Assembly: GCA_964413935.1 (NCBI GenBank)
Contig: CAYPTY010000016.1
Location: 1,086-65,085, forward strand
Reading direction: 5' to 3'
Source: an uncultured Balneolaceae bacterium
GTDB taxonomy: Bacteria; Bacteroidota; Rhodothermia; Balneolales; Balneolaceae
Length of the DNA stretch: 64,000 bases
The notes below the pieces were generated by a model. That model was not told the origin of the DNA. It did no database searches and saw nothing but the letters and a program-made list of their open reading frames with translations. The position numbers were made by a program, and so were the translations under genes. Positions 1-8,042 of this stretch are shown here, in pieces (position 1 is the first letter of the stretch; every line of letters begins with the position of its first letter).

Positions 1-1
1 T

Positions 2-364
2 GGCAATCCACTGGGTGCTAAAGTAGCCATGGCAGCGCTGGAAGTGGTACGCAATGAAAAACTGGCTCAAAATGCCCGTAAACTGGGTATTCTATTCCGA
101 AAACGTATGCAGCAGCTCTGCGATGAACACGACCTGTTCGTGATGGTTCGCGGTCGGGGTTTACTCAATGCTGTAGTGATCAACGACAGCCCGGAGAGTA
201 CCACCGCCTGGGATTTCTGCGTGGCACTTAAAAACAACGGCCTGCTGGCTAAGCCCACACACGGCAATATCATTCGTTTTGCGCCTCCGCTGATCATGAC
301 AGAAGAGCAACTGGAAGCATGCCTGAAAATCATCGAAAAAACGCTAACGGAGTTTGCATCCTAA
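2..364 (+). CDS. rocD: Ornithine aminotransferase, C-terminal part (5' end lies outside the window)
   Basis: The frame is open from base 2 (GNPLGAKVAMAALEVV...). The C-terminal AKPTHGNIIRFAPPLIMTEEQL is typical of class-III ornithine aminotransferases. Confidence 0.85.
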   Translation, partial: GNPLGAKVAMAALEVVRNEKLAQNARKLGILFRKRMQQLCDEHDLFVMVRGRGLLNAVVINDSPESTTAWDFCVALKNNGLLAKPTHGNIIRFAPPLIMTEEQLEACLKIIEKTLTEFAS

Positions 365-420
365 GTTAAAGTGTAGAATATTTTCGGGTAAGTATTAATC
401 CATAATCCGGGGATAATTCT

Positions 421-1770
421 ATGTCTGTCAGTACAGCTATTGATCCAAAAGAAGTCCACAAAATTCTGTCCAAACACATCCTCACGGATGGGTATGATAT
501 GGTGCTTGATCTGGATAAGAGCAGTGGACCGTACCTGCATGATGCTAAAAGTGGCCGGAATTATCTGGATTTCTTCACCTTTTTCGCTTCAAATCCCCTG
601 GGGATGAATCACCCCAGAATGGCTGCGGATAAAGATTTTATACAGAAACTCGGAAAAGTAGCCATCAATAAACCTTCCAATTCTGATGTTTACACGGAAG
701 AACTCGCCCTTTTTATGGAAACCTTCAGCCGGGTTGGAATTCCGGATTACCTGAACAAATCATTCTTTATTTCAGGCGGAGCACTGGCTGTGGAAAATGC
801 CATGAAAGTGGCCTTTGACTGGAAGGTGCAGAAGAACTTCGAAAAAGGTTACCGGGAGGAAAAGGGTCACAAGGTTTTGCATTTTGAACGGGCTTTTCAC
901 GGGCGCTCCGGGTATACCATGTCGGTCACCAACACGGATCCAAATAAGGTCAAGTATTTTCCGAAGTTCGACTGGCCCAGAGTAATCTCTCCCGCCATGA
1001 AATTTCCCGCTACCAAAGAACACATCGCAGAGGTAAAAGAACATGAAGAGCTGGCCGTGAAGCAGATGCGGATGTACTTTGAGCAGCACAAAGATGATAT
1101 CGCCTGTATCCTTATTGAAACTATTCAGGGAGAAGGTGGCGACCGACATTTCCGAAAAGAATTTCACCAGGCATTAAGGAATCTGGCGGATGAGTATGAT
1201 GCACTTTTAATTTACGATGAAGTGCAAACCGGTATTGGTATGACCGGTAAATTCTGGGCTCACGAATATTTTGTAGAACCTGATATCATCGCTTTTGGCA
1301 AGAAGGCTCAGGTCTGCGGTATCCTTGCCGGCCCCAGAATTGACGATGTTGAGGATAATGTGTTCAAGGTATCCTCCCGTATAAATTCAACCTGGGGCGG
1401 TAACCTGGTCGACATGGTTCGCTTTGAACGCATTCTCACGGTTATTGAAGAAGAGAATCTGGTCCATAATGCCGCTGAAGTTGGATCCTATCTGCTTGAA
1501 CAGCTGAACAGACTGGCAGAGGAGCATGAATATATCACGAATCCAAGGGGTTTAGGTCTGTTCTGCTCCATCGACCTGCCGGATAAGCATTCCAGAGATG
1601 CGGTGATTCAGGAATGCGTGAAAAATGGCTTGATGATTCTGTCTTGTGGTACCCAGACCGTTCGATTCCGCCCCCCGTTAACTATTGAGCGAGCTCACAT
1701 TGACGAGGGACTGGAAATCCTGGAAAAGAGTTATAAAAGCGGCATTGAAAGATGCCCTGTTGTCCACTAG
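421..1770 (+). CDS. lat: L-lysine 6-transaminase (class-III aminotransferase)
   Basis: 449 aa. The N-terminus (HILTDGYDMVLDLDKSSGPYLHDAKSGRNYLDFFTFFASNPLGMNHP) and the IYDEVQTGIG motif match my memory of the lysine epsilon-aminotransferase family. Confidence 0.8.
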   Translation: MSVSTAIDPKEVHKILSKHILTDGYDMVLDLDKSSGPYLHDAKSGRNYLDFFTFFASNPLGMNHPRMAADKDFIQKLGKVAINKPSNSDVYTEELALFMETFSRVGIPDYLNKSFFISGGALAVENAMKVAFDWKVQKNFEKGYREEKGHKVLHFERAFHGRSGYTMSVTNTDPNKVKYFPKFDWPRVISPAMKFPATKEHIAEVKEHEELAVKQMRMYFEQHKDDIACILIETIQGEGGDRHFRKEFHQALRNLADEYDALLIYDEVQTGIGMTGKFWAHEYFVEPDIIAFGKKAQVCGILAGPRIDDVEDNVFKVSSRINSTWGGNLVDMVRFERILTVIEEENLVHNAAEVGSYLLEQLNRLAEEHEYITNPRGLGLFCSIDLPDKHSRDAVIQECVKNGLMILSCGTQTVRFRPPLTIERAHIDEGLEILEKSYKSGIERCPVVH

Positions 1771-1782
1771 AGGCTAGTTGTT

Positions 1783-2502
1783 TTATACCAGCTGGTGACT
1801 TTCAGGCTGAATCACTACCTCGTTCAATACCGAACCTTCAGGCTGATTTACGGCATAGTAAACGGCCTTGGCAACTTCCTCGGTATCCAGCATAGCTTCT
1901 TTCTTTACACGCATGTTTACGCGCTCATCGTCCCAGAATGGTGTGTTCACTCCGCCCAGGTGCAGTAATGAGAATTTGATGCCGGTGCGCTTGGCTTCTT
2001 CTGTGAGGGCTTTGGTAAAACCGGTGAGTGCAAACTTTGTGGCCGCATAAACCGATGAGTTTTTCATGATGTATTTCCCCATGGTACCCGGGAACATCAC
2101 GATGGCGCCGCTTTTCTGCTCAGTCATATAGCGCATTACCGTCTGGGTAACCAGGAAGCTTCCGTATACATTTACATCAATAATTTCTTTTGCGTCTACC
2201 GGATTGATATCCAGGATGGGCTGGATGAGTCCTTGTCCGAAAGCATTTACAAGAATGTCGATGGATCCCAGATTCTGCTGGATCTCTCGGGCCATGTCGG
2301 AAACGGATGCGTGATCGGTTACATCCACCTGAATGGAAAAAGCCTCGCCTCCATCATCATTGATATTTTTAGCGATTTCGTCTGCTTTGGATTTGTCGCG
2401 GCCTGCGATAACCACTTTGCATCCTGCTTTTGAGAAGAGTCGGGCCGTGGCACTTCCAATACCACCGGTACCGCCAACGATGAGTACTACTTTATCTTTC
2501 AT
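1783..2502 (-). CDS. SDR family oxidoreductase
   Basis: 239 aa with the Rossmann motif GGTGGIGSA and the catalytic Y-x3-K (YAATK). Confidence 0.85.
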   Translation of the reverse strand: MKDKVVLIVGGTGGIGSATARLFSKAGCKVVIAGRDKSKADEIAKNINDDGGEAFSIQVDVTDHASVSDMAREIQQNLGSIDILVNAFGQGLIQPILDINPVDAKEIIDVNVYGSFLVTQTVMRYMTEQKSGAIVMFPGTMGKYIMKNSSVYAATKFALTGFTKALTEEAKRTGIKFSLLHLGGVNTPFWDDERVNMRVKKEAMLDTEEVAKAVYYAVNQPEGSVLNEVVIQPESHQLV

Positions 2503-2565
2503 GGGGCTCCTTTAGATTTGATTTGCCCCTATGAAAAATATTTTAAGCGATGTTCGTTCCGTTCA

Positions 2566-4800
2566 TCAGGCCGTCATAGCTGACGGGATGGTGTTTTCAT
2601 ACAGAGCGCTTAACTCACTTACTTTTATTGAACCAATCCCCTGAATATTCAACAGATCACCGCTGGTTGCACCCAGCTCCGTGACCGGAATACCCGATTT
2701 TTCGAAGTGGTTTGTTACCTCATCAAGCTTTTCTGAGCTGACCGTGATTACCACCCCGGATTGTGCTTCAGAAAAGAGGTATTCATTCGGGTCATCAACA
2801 TCCGGTAGTTTGAGTTCTGCACCGATGCCTGAAAAAATACTCATTTCAGCCAGAGTAATTGCGAGTCCGCCGTCAGAACAATCATGCGCTGCGGTAATCA
2901 AACCATCCTGAATAGCTTTCAGCAGTGATTCCTGCAGGTTGAGTTCAAAATCCAGATCCAGCTCAGGAGCATCACCGGTTGTGAGATTAAAAATAGTTTT
3001 GAGGTACTGACTTGCGCCCAGCCCCTTGCGCTCAGCACCGATATAGAGAACCTGTTCTCCCTCTTCTTTATAACCGGGAGTCATCAGATGATTTTCCACA
3101 TCCTCGATGAGTCCAAGCATACCAATGATCGGAGTCGGGAAAATGGCACTGTTTGGATTCTCATTGTAGAAACTCACGTTACCGCCGGTTACTGGAGTAT
3201 TCAGCTTGCGGCAGGCATCCCCCATTCCGCCAAGGGCTTCTTTGAAGGTCCAGTAGACTTCCGGTTTGTATGGATTACCGAAGTTCAGGCAGTTGGTGAT
3301 GGCCAGCGGCCGGCCGCCCGAGCAAACCACATTTCTGGCTGACTCCACAACCGCGATCTGCCCGCCTCTGCGAGGGTTCAGATATACATAGCGACCGTTG
3401 CAGTCCGTTTTGGCTACCAGTCCCTGTTTCATATCCTTAAGGCGAATTACCCCTGAATTGGTAGCTCCAGGAGCATTCACCGTGTTGGTTCTCACGGTTG
3501 TGTCATATTGTTCGTGCACCCACCGTTTGGATGCAATGTTTGGAGAAGCGAGAACGGATTTCAGGGTTTCCAAATAATCAGCTGGGTGATCCAGTGATTT
3601 CACATCGAACTTTTGTACCTCATCCAGATATGCAGGTTTGGTTGCTTCACGCACATACTGGGGCGCTCCTCCGCCGAGAACCAGATGTTCAGCCGGAATT
3701 TCCGCCTTGATTTCTCCGTCTTTCCAGTAGGTGACCTTATCACCTTCCACTACTTCTCCAATGTGCACCGCATGCAGATCCCATTTTTCGTATACATCGA
3801 TGACTTCCTGCTCACGACCTTTCTCCACGACCACCAGCATACGCTCCTGGGACTCGGAGAGAAGCAGCTCATATGCCGTCATACCCTCTTCACGAGCGGG
3901 CACTTTATCGAGATCTATCTTCATGCCCTGGCCGCCCTTGTCGGTCATTTCACTGGTGGAGCATGCAATACCGGCTGCTCCCATATCCTGCATACCCAAA
4001 ATGGCTCCGGTTCTGAGTGCTTCCAGGCTGGCTTCAAGTAACAGTTTTTCGGTGAAAGGGTCACCTACCTGCACACTCGGACGTTTGGCCTCACTTTCTT
4101 CGGAAATTTCTTCAGAGGCAAAGGTTGCTCCGTGGATACCATCCCTACCGGTACTCGAACCCACAATAAGTACAGGGTTGCCAATTCCTTTGGCAATTGC
4201 GGATACGGTTTCATCCGCCTTCACTATTCCGATACTCATGGCATTCACCAGCGGATTACCTTCATAGCTTTCATCGAAGAAAACTTCACCCCCAATCACG
4301 GGAATCCCAAAGGAGTTTCCGTAATCACCGATACCCCGCACAACCCCATCCAGCAGGTATCTTACCCTTGGATTGTCCAGTTTACCGAAACGCAGTGAAT
4401 TCAGACTGGCCACCGGACGGGCACCCATGGTGAAAATATCTCTGTGAATGCCACCAACCCCTGTTGCCGCACCCTGATAGGGTTCAATGGCACTTGGATG
4501 GTTATGACTTTCAATTTTAAAAGCACAGCCCATGCCATCACCGATATCTACCAGGCCTGCATTTTCTTCCCCTGCACCTACCAGCATTTGAGGGCCACTC
4601 CTCGGCAGTTTCTTCAATTCCAGAATGGAGTTTTTGTAGGAGCAGTGCTCTGACCACATCACGGAATACACGCCTAGTTCGGTAAATGTTGGAGTGCGGC
4701 CAAGCCGATCCACAATCATCTGGTATTCTTCTTCGGTGAGTCCGTGGTCGAGGGCTAGTTCAAGGTTTACTTCAGGTTCCTTCAAAGGCTGTGAGGGCAT
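2566..4800 (-). CDS. purL: Phosphoribosylformylglycinamidine synthase subunit PurL
   Basis: 744 aa. The N-terminal [38 protein letters not shown] and the ESHNHPS motif are PurL hallmarks. Confidence 0.97.
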   Translation of the reverse strand: MPSQPLKEPEVNLELALDHGLTEEEYQMIVDRLGRTPTFTELGVYSVMWSEHCSYKNSILELKKLPRSGPQMLVGAGEENAGLVDIGDGMGCAFKIESHNHPSAIEPYQGAATGVGGIHRDIFTMGARPVASLNSLRFGKLDNPRVRYLLDGVVRGIGDYGNSFGIPVIGGEVFFDESYEGNPLVNAMSIGIVKADETVSAIAKGIGNPVLIVGSSTGRDGIHGATFASEEISEESEAKRPSVQVGDPFTEKLLLEASLEALRTGAILGMQDMGAAGIACSTSEMTDKGGQGMKIDLDKVPAREEGMTAYELLLSESQERMLVVVEKGREQEVIDVYEKWDLHAVHIGEVVEGDKVTYWKDGEIKAEIPAEHLVLGGGAPQYVREATKPAYLDEVQKFDVKSLDHPADYLETLKSVLASPNIASKRWVHEQYDTTVRTNTVNAPGATNSGVIRLKDMKQGLVAKTDCNGRYVYLNPRRGGQIAVVESARNVVCSGGRPLAITNCLNFGNPYKPEVYWTFKEALGGMGDACRKLNTPVTGGNVSFYNENPNSAIFPTPIIGMLGLIEDVENHLMTPGYKEEGEQVLYIGAERKGLGASQYLKTIFNLTTGDAPELDLDFELNLQESLLKAIQDGLITAAHDCSDGGLAITLAEMSIFSGIGAELKLPDVDDPNEYLFSEAQSGVVITVSSEKLDEVTNHFEKSGIPVTELGATSGDLLNIQGIGSIKVSELSALYENTIPSAMTA

Positions 4801-4900
4801 GAAATCAGATTAAATATTTATTGGGACAATCGGCCTAAAAGGTACGATTATTTGCAAAAAGCGACTACCCAATAAAAATGCATTTGATTGGGTTTTTTTC

Positions 4901-4930
4901 TTGACAAAAATAAAGCAGACTTCTTAAATT
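4901..4930 (+). promoter_or_regulatory. Candidate sigma70-like promoter for rrf2 and the cco operon
   Basis: TTGACA (4901-4906), an 18-nt spacer, then TAAATT (4925-4930), about 47 nt upstream of the rrf2 ATG. This is a sequence pattern only. Confidence 0.3.
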
Positions 4931-4938
4931 GAATACCA

Positions 4939-4950
4939 ATATTCGAATAT
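4939..4950. promoter_or_regulatory. Perfect 12-bp palindrome ATATTCGAATAT, a candidate operator
   Basis: It lies 9 nt downstream of the candidate -10 and 27 nt upstream of the rrf2 start. It is followed by a GAATAT direct repeat. Confidence 0.35.
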
Positions 4951-4976
4951 GAATATTTGATTACATCAAAGGGTTT

Positions 4977-5438
4977 ATGCGACTGCTATCACAAGGTGCA
5001 CAATACGCTATTAGCGCTATTATCGCTCTGTCTAAGTCAACCGATGGGAATGCGATATCAGCGTCAGAACTGGCCAAGACATTAAACTGTCCGGCTGCTT
5101 ATCTGTCTCAGATTCTGGCCAAATTAAAGGAGCCTGGAATTATAATATCTATGCGCGGGCTCAAAGGCGGAGTTTATCTGGCTAAGCCTCTTAATGAGAT
5201 TGTACTATTCGATGTGATTGAGGCCATTGACGGCACTCAGTTTTTTACCCAGTGTTTTCTGGGAATTGAAGGATGCGGGCATATTGAGCCCTGCCCTTTT
5301 CATGAATTCTGGGCAACAAAGCGAACCAATATAGAGGAATGGCTGCGATCTACCTCCTTTGAGCAGGTGGATAAGTCCATGACACAGGATTGGTTCGAAC
5401 AAACCTTGCAGTTTACACGAGGGATGCCCGGCTCATGA
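4977..5438 (+). CDS. Rrf2 family transcriptional regulator (IscR/NsrR-like, Cys3-His cluster ligands)
   Basis: 153 aa with an N-terminal winged HTH (AQYAISAIIAL...ELAKTLNCPAAYLSQILAKL). Candidate cluster ligands are C93-x6-C100-x5-C106-x2-H109. Confidence 0.85.
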   Translation: MRLLSQGAQYAISAIIALSKSTDGNAISASELAKTLNCPAAYLSQILAKLKEPGIIISMRGLKGGVYLAKPLNEIVLFDVIEAIDGTQFFTQCFLGIEGCGHIEPCPFHEFWATKRTNIEEWLRSTSFEQVDKSMTQDWFEQTLQFTRGMPGS

Positions 5439-7873
5439 AAAAAGATGCAATCCAGACCGAAGAAATTAAATGCATGCACTGCGGGGCCGTTTGCAGCAGT
5501 GAACCGGTGATGGTGGATGGGAACCCTTTCTGCTGCAGCGGCTGTGCAGGTGTTTTCAGTATTACTCAGGATGCCGCTACCAACGGAAACGGCAGCTGCC
5601 CCTCTCAGGCCGCTCTGAACAGTAGCTTGCAGATCAGCCACAGAGCCCGATTCGATTACCTTGAGGATGAAAGTGTGGTTACCAAACTCACCGAATTCGA
5701 AGACCAGGAACTCCTTCAGGTCCGTTTAGCCATCCCGAATATTCAGTGCACCTCCTGCGTCTGGATGCTGGAACAGCTGAATGAAAACTACGAAGGCATC
5801 ATTGAGTCGCGCGTCAACTTCATGAAGAAGGATCTGACTGTTACCCTTCGTAAGAATGAAGTGAGTGTCCGGGATCTGGTTGAGCTGCTCACCAGCATGG
5901 GATATGAACCTTCCCTTTCCCTGAAGAATTTGAGCGGTGAAAAAGAAGAGAAAAAGGATTACAGGCTGCTGCTAAAGCTTGGGCTTGCCGGTTTTGCCTT
6001 CGGTAATATCATGCTCTTCAGTTTTCCGGCTTATCTCTCCGGTGATGAAACACTGATCGGTATTCAGTACGGCCTTATTTTCGGTCTGCTGAATATTGTC
6101 CTTTCTATCCCTGTTCTGTTATATAGTGCCAGTGATTATCTGAAATCAGCCTGGGCTGCCATTCTGAGAAAAGGTATCAACCTGGATGTTCCCATATCAC
6201 TGGGGATAATCGCCTTGTTTAGCCGCAGCACCTATGAAGTGCTCTCCATGACCGGAGAAGGATATTTCGATTCTTTTACCGGACTGATTTTCTTTCTCCT
6301 GATCGGAAAATGGGTACAACGAAAAACCTTTGCCCAGCTTTCTTTTGACAATGATTATAAAGCCTATTTACCCATTTCGGTTTTAACGGTGGATGAGGAG
6401 GGGAAAGAAAGCAGCATCGCCATAGAAAAACTGGAAATCGGACAGGAAATTCTGGTTCGCAATCAGGAACTGGTCCCGGTTGATTCCATCCTTAAAACCA
6501 ATCAGGTGATGGTAGATTACAGCTTCCTGAGTGGGGAGTCTGAACCGGTAAGCCTGAAAAAGGGAGATGTGGTCTATGCCGGCGGCCGGATTGTAGGCGC
6601 CAAAGCACATATGCTGGTTTATAAAGAGGTAGACCAGAGTCACCTGACCGAGCTCTGGCAAAATGAAGCTTTTGAAAGGAATAAAGATGCTACGGTTACC
6701 ACCTTTGCAGATCGCATCAGTCCTTATTTTACGGTTACCGTTCTGACGGTTGCCATTGTATCTGCCATAGTCTGGAGCTTTTTTGATGTTTCCACAGCCG
6801 TATCTGTATTCACTGCGGTTCTGATCATTGCCTGTCCCTGTGCACTGGCACTTTCTACCCCTTTCACGCTGAATGCAGTCAGCAATATTTTGGGTCAAAA
6901 CGGGATTTATTTGCGCAACACCCAGGTCGTTGAACGACTTTCTAAAACGGATACTATCGTATTTGACAAGACCGGAACCATTACCAATGCCCGTGAGGCC
7001 CGCGTTGTGTATGAAGGCATAGAGCTCTCTGACGCAGAAAAAGTATTGGTTAAAAGTATTTGCTCTTACTCCTCCAATCCGGTGAGTGATAAAATTGCCT
7101 CCGGATTTACCGGCATTGACACGATTGAGCTGGAATCTTTCGATGAGAGCCTGAACAGGGGAGGCTGTGGTGTTTTCGAAGGAAACCAAGTATGTATCGG
7201 AACGATGGAATATTTTGAAGAAATGGGCTTTGAGGTAAAACAGCCCGATGACTTCGGTACCGCCATATTTCTGGCCATCAATGATGAAGTAAAAGGCTAT
7301 TACCTGCTCGAGAACAGTATCCGCAGTGGGGTTACTGAGGTATTGAACGGCCTGAAGCAATCATTCCGCACCTTCCTGCTTTCCGGAGACGACCAGAAGC
7401 ATTTTGAGCTCTTCCGAAAGTATTTTAAAAATGCCGCAGAGCTGCTCTTTCACAAAAAACCGCAGGATAAACTGGATTTTATCCGAAACCTGCAGCAGAA
7501 CGGCCATCATGTTTGTATGGTCGGTGATGGTATTAATGATGCCGGTGCCCTGAAGCAGGCCGACTTTGGAATTGCCGTAAATGATGACATCAATTCTTTC
7601 TCTCCGGCCTGCGACGCCATCTTCGAAGGGGAATCACTTTCCAAACTGCAGACCATGCTGAATTTTTCTGAAAAAGCTATTCAGATCATCATTGCAAGTT
7701 TTGTGATATCCCTCATTTACAATGTAACTGGACTTGGTTTTGCTGTTTCCGGAAAACTGACTCCACTGGTAGCGGCTATACTGATGCCGCTAAGTTCTGT
7801 TACCATCATGATTTTCACTTACACCGCAACTACGCTTGTGGCAAAAAAGAAGGGGTTAATGTTATGGAAGTAA
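5435..7873 (+). CDS. ccoI: Copper-translocating P-type ATPase for cbb3 oxidase maturation (CcoI/FixI)
   Basis: Motifs CPC (IACPCALAL), DKTGT and GDGINDA, plus a Cys-rich N-terminal metal-binding domain (CMHCGAVC...CCSGC). The start was chosen at the ATG at 5435, which forms an ATGA overlap with the rrf2 stop; the track ORF starts at 5390. Confidence 0.9.
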   Translation: MKKDAIQTEEIKCMHCGAVCSSEPVMVDGNPFCCSGCAGVFSITQDAATNGNGSCPSQAALNSSLQISHRARFDYLEDESVVTKLTEFEDQELLQVRLAIPNIQCTSCVWMLEQLNENYEGIIESRVNFMKKDLTVTLRKNEVSVRDLVELLTSMGYEPSLSLKNLSGEKEEKKDYRLLLKLGLAGFAFGNIMLFSFPAYLSGDETLIGIQYGLIFGLLNIVLSIPVLLYSASDYLKSAWAAILRKGINLDVPISLGIIALFSRSTYEVLSMTGEGYFDSFTGLIFFLLIGKWVQRKTFAQLSFDNDYKAYLPISVLTVDEEGKESSIAIEKLEIGQEILVRNQELVPVDSILKTNQVMVDYSFLSGESEPVSLKKGDVVYAGGRIVGAKAHMLVYKEVDQSHLTELWQNEAFERNKDATVTTFADRISPYFTVTVLTVAIVSAIVWSFFDVSTAVSVFTAVLIIACPCALALSTPFTLNAVSNILGQNGIYLRNTQVVERLSKTDTIVFDKTGTITNAREARVVYEGIELSDAEKVLVKSICSYSSNPVSDKIASGFTGIDTIELESFDESLNRGGCGVFEGNQVCIGTMEYFEEMGFEVKQPDDFGTAIFLAINDEVKGYYLLENSIRSGVTEVLNGLKQSFRTFLLSGDDQKHFELFRKYFKNAAELLFHKKPQDKLDFIRNLQQNGHHVCMVGDGINDAGALKQADFGIAVNDDINSFSPACDAIFEGESLSKLQTMLNFSEKAIQIIIASFVISLIYNVTGLGFAVSGKLTPLVAAILMPLSSVTIMIFTYTATTLVAKKKGLMLWK

Positions 7874-8040
7874 TTTTTCTGCTGATCGGCTTCAGTCTTC
7901 TGGTAGCTCTCACCTTTCTATACCTCTTTTTCTGGGCGGTTAAATCGGGACAATATGACGATTCCGAGACGCCGGCCATGCGCATTCTTTTTGATTCTAA
8001 AAATTCAAAAACCAACAACACAAACAGGGATGGACAATAA
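7864..8040 (+). CDS. ccoS: cbb3-type cytochrome oxidase assembly protein CcoS (58 aa, absent from the ORF track)
   Basis: Hand translation gives MEVIFLLIGFSLLVALTFLYLFFWAVKSGQYDDSETPAMRILFDSKNSKTNNTNRDGQ. It has one TM helix plus the W-x-x-KSGQYDD...RIL signature of CcoS/FixS. It overlaps the ccoI stop by 10 nt and ends 2 nt before ccoNO. Confidence 0.85.
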   Translation: MEVIFLLIGFSLLVALTFLYLFFWAVKSGQYDDSETPAMRILFDSKNSKTNNTNRDGQ

Positions 8041-8042
8041 CT

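Noticed and set aside
5390-5434. N-terminally extended starts given by the ORF track (ccoI 5390, fixH 12575, lemA 14463, TPM 15628, ndk 29648, cyclase 29713, DUF1343 29192, RsbW-like 38968, membrane protein 58520, small membrane protein 27186)
   Set aside because: These extensions overlap upstream genes or use TTG in poor context. Internal ATGs give native-looking N-termini (signal peptides, conserved first motifs) and sensible intergenic spacing.
6383-7360. A 325-aa minus-strand ORF antisense to ccoI
   Set aside because: The plus frame carries unmistakable P-type ATPase motifs (CPC, DKTGT, GDGINDA). The antisense translation has no motifs and an odd composition, so it is a shadow ORF.
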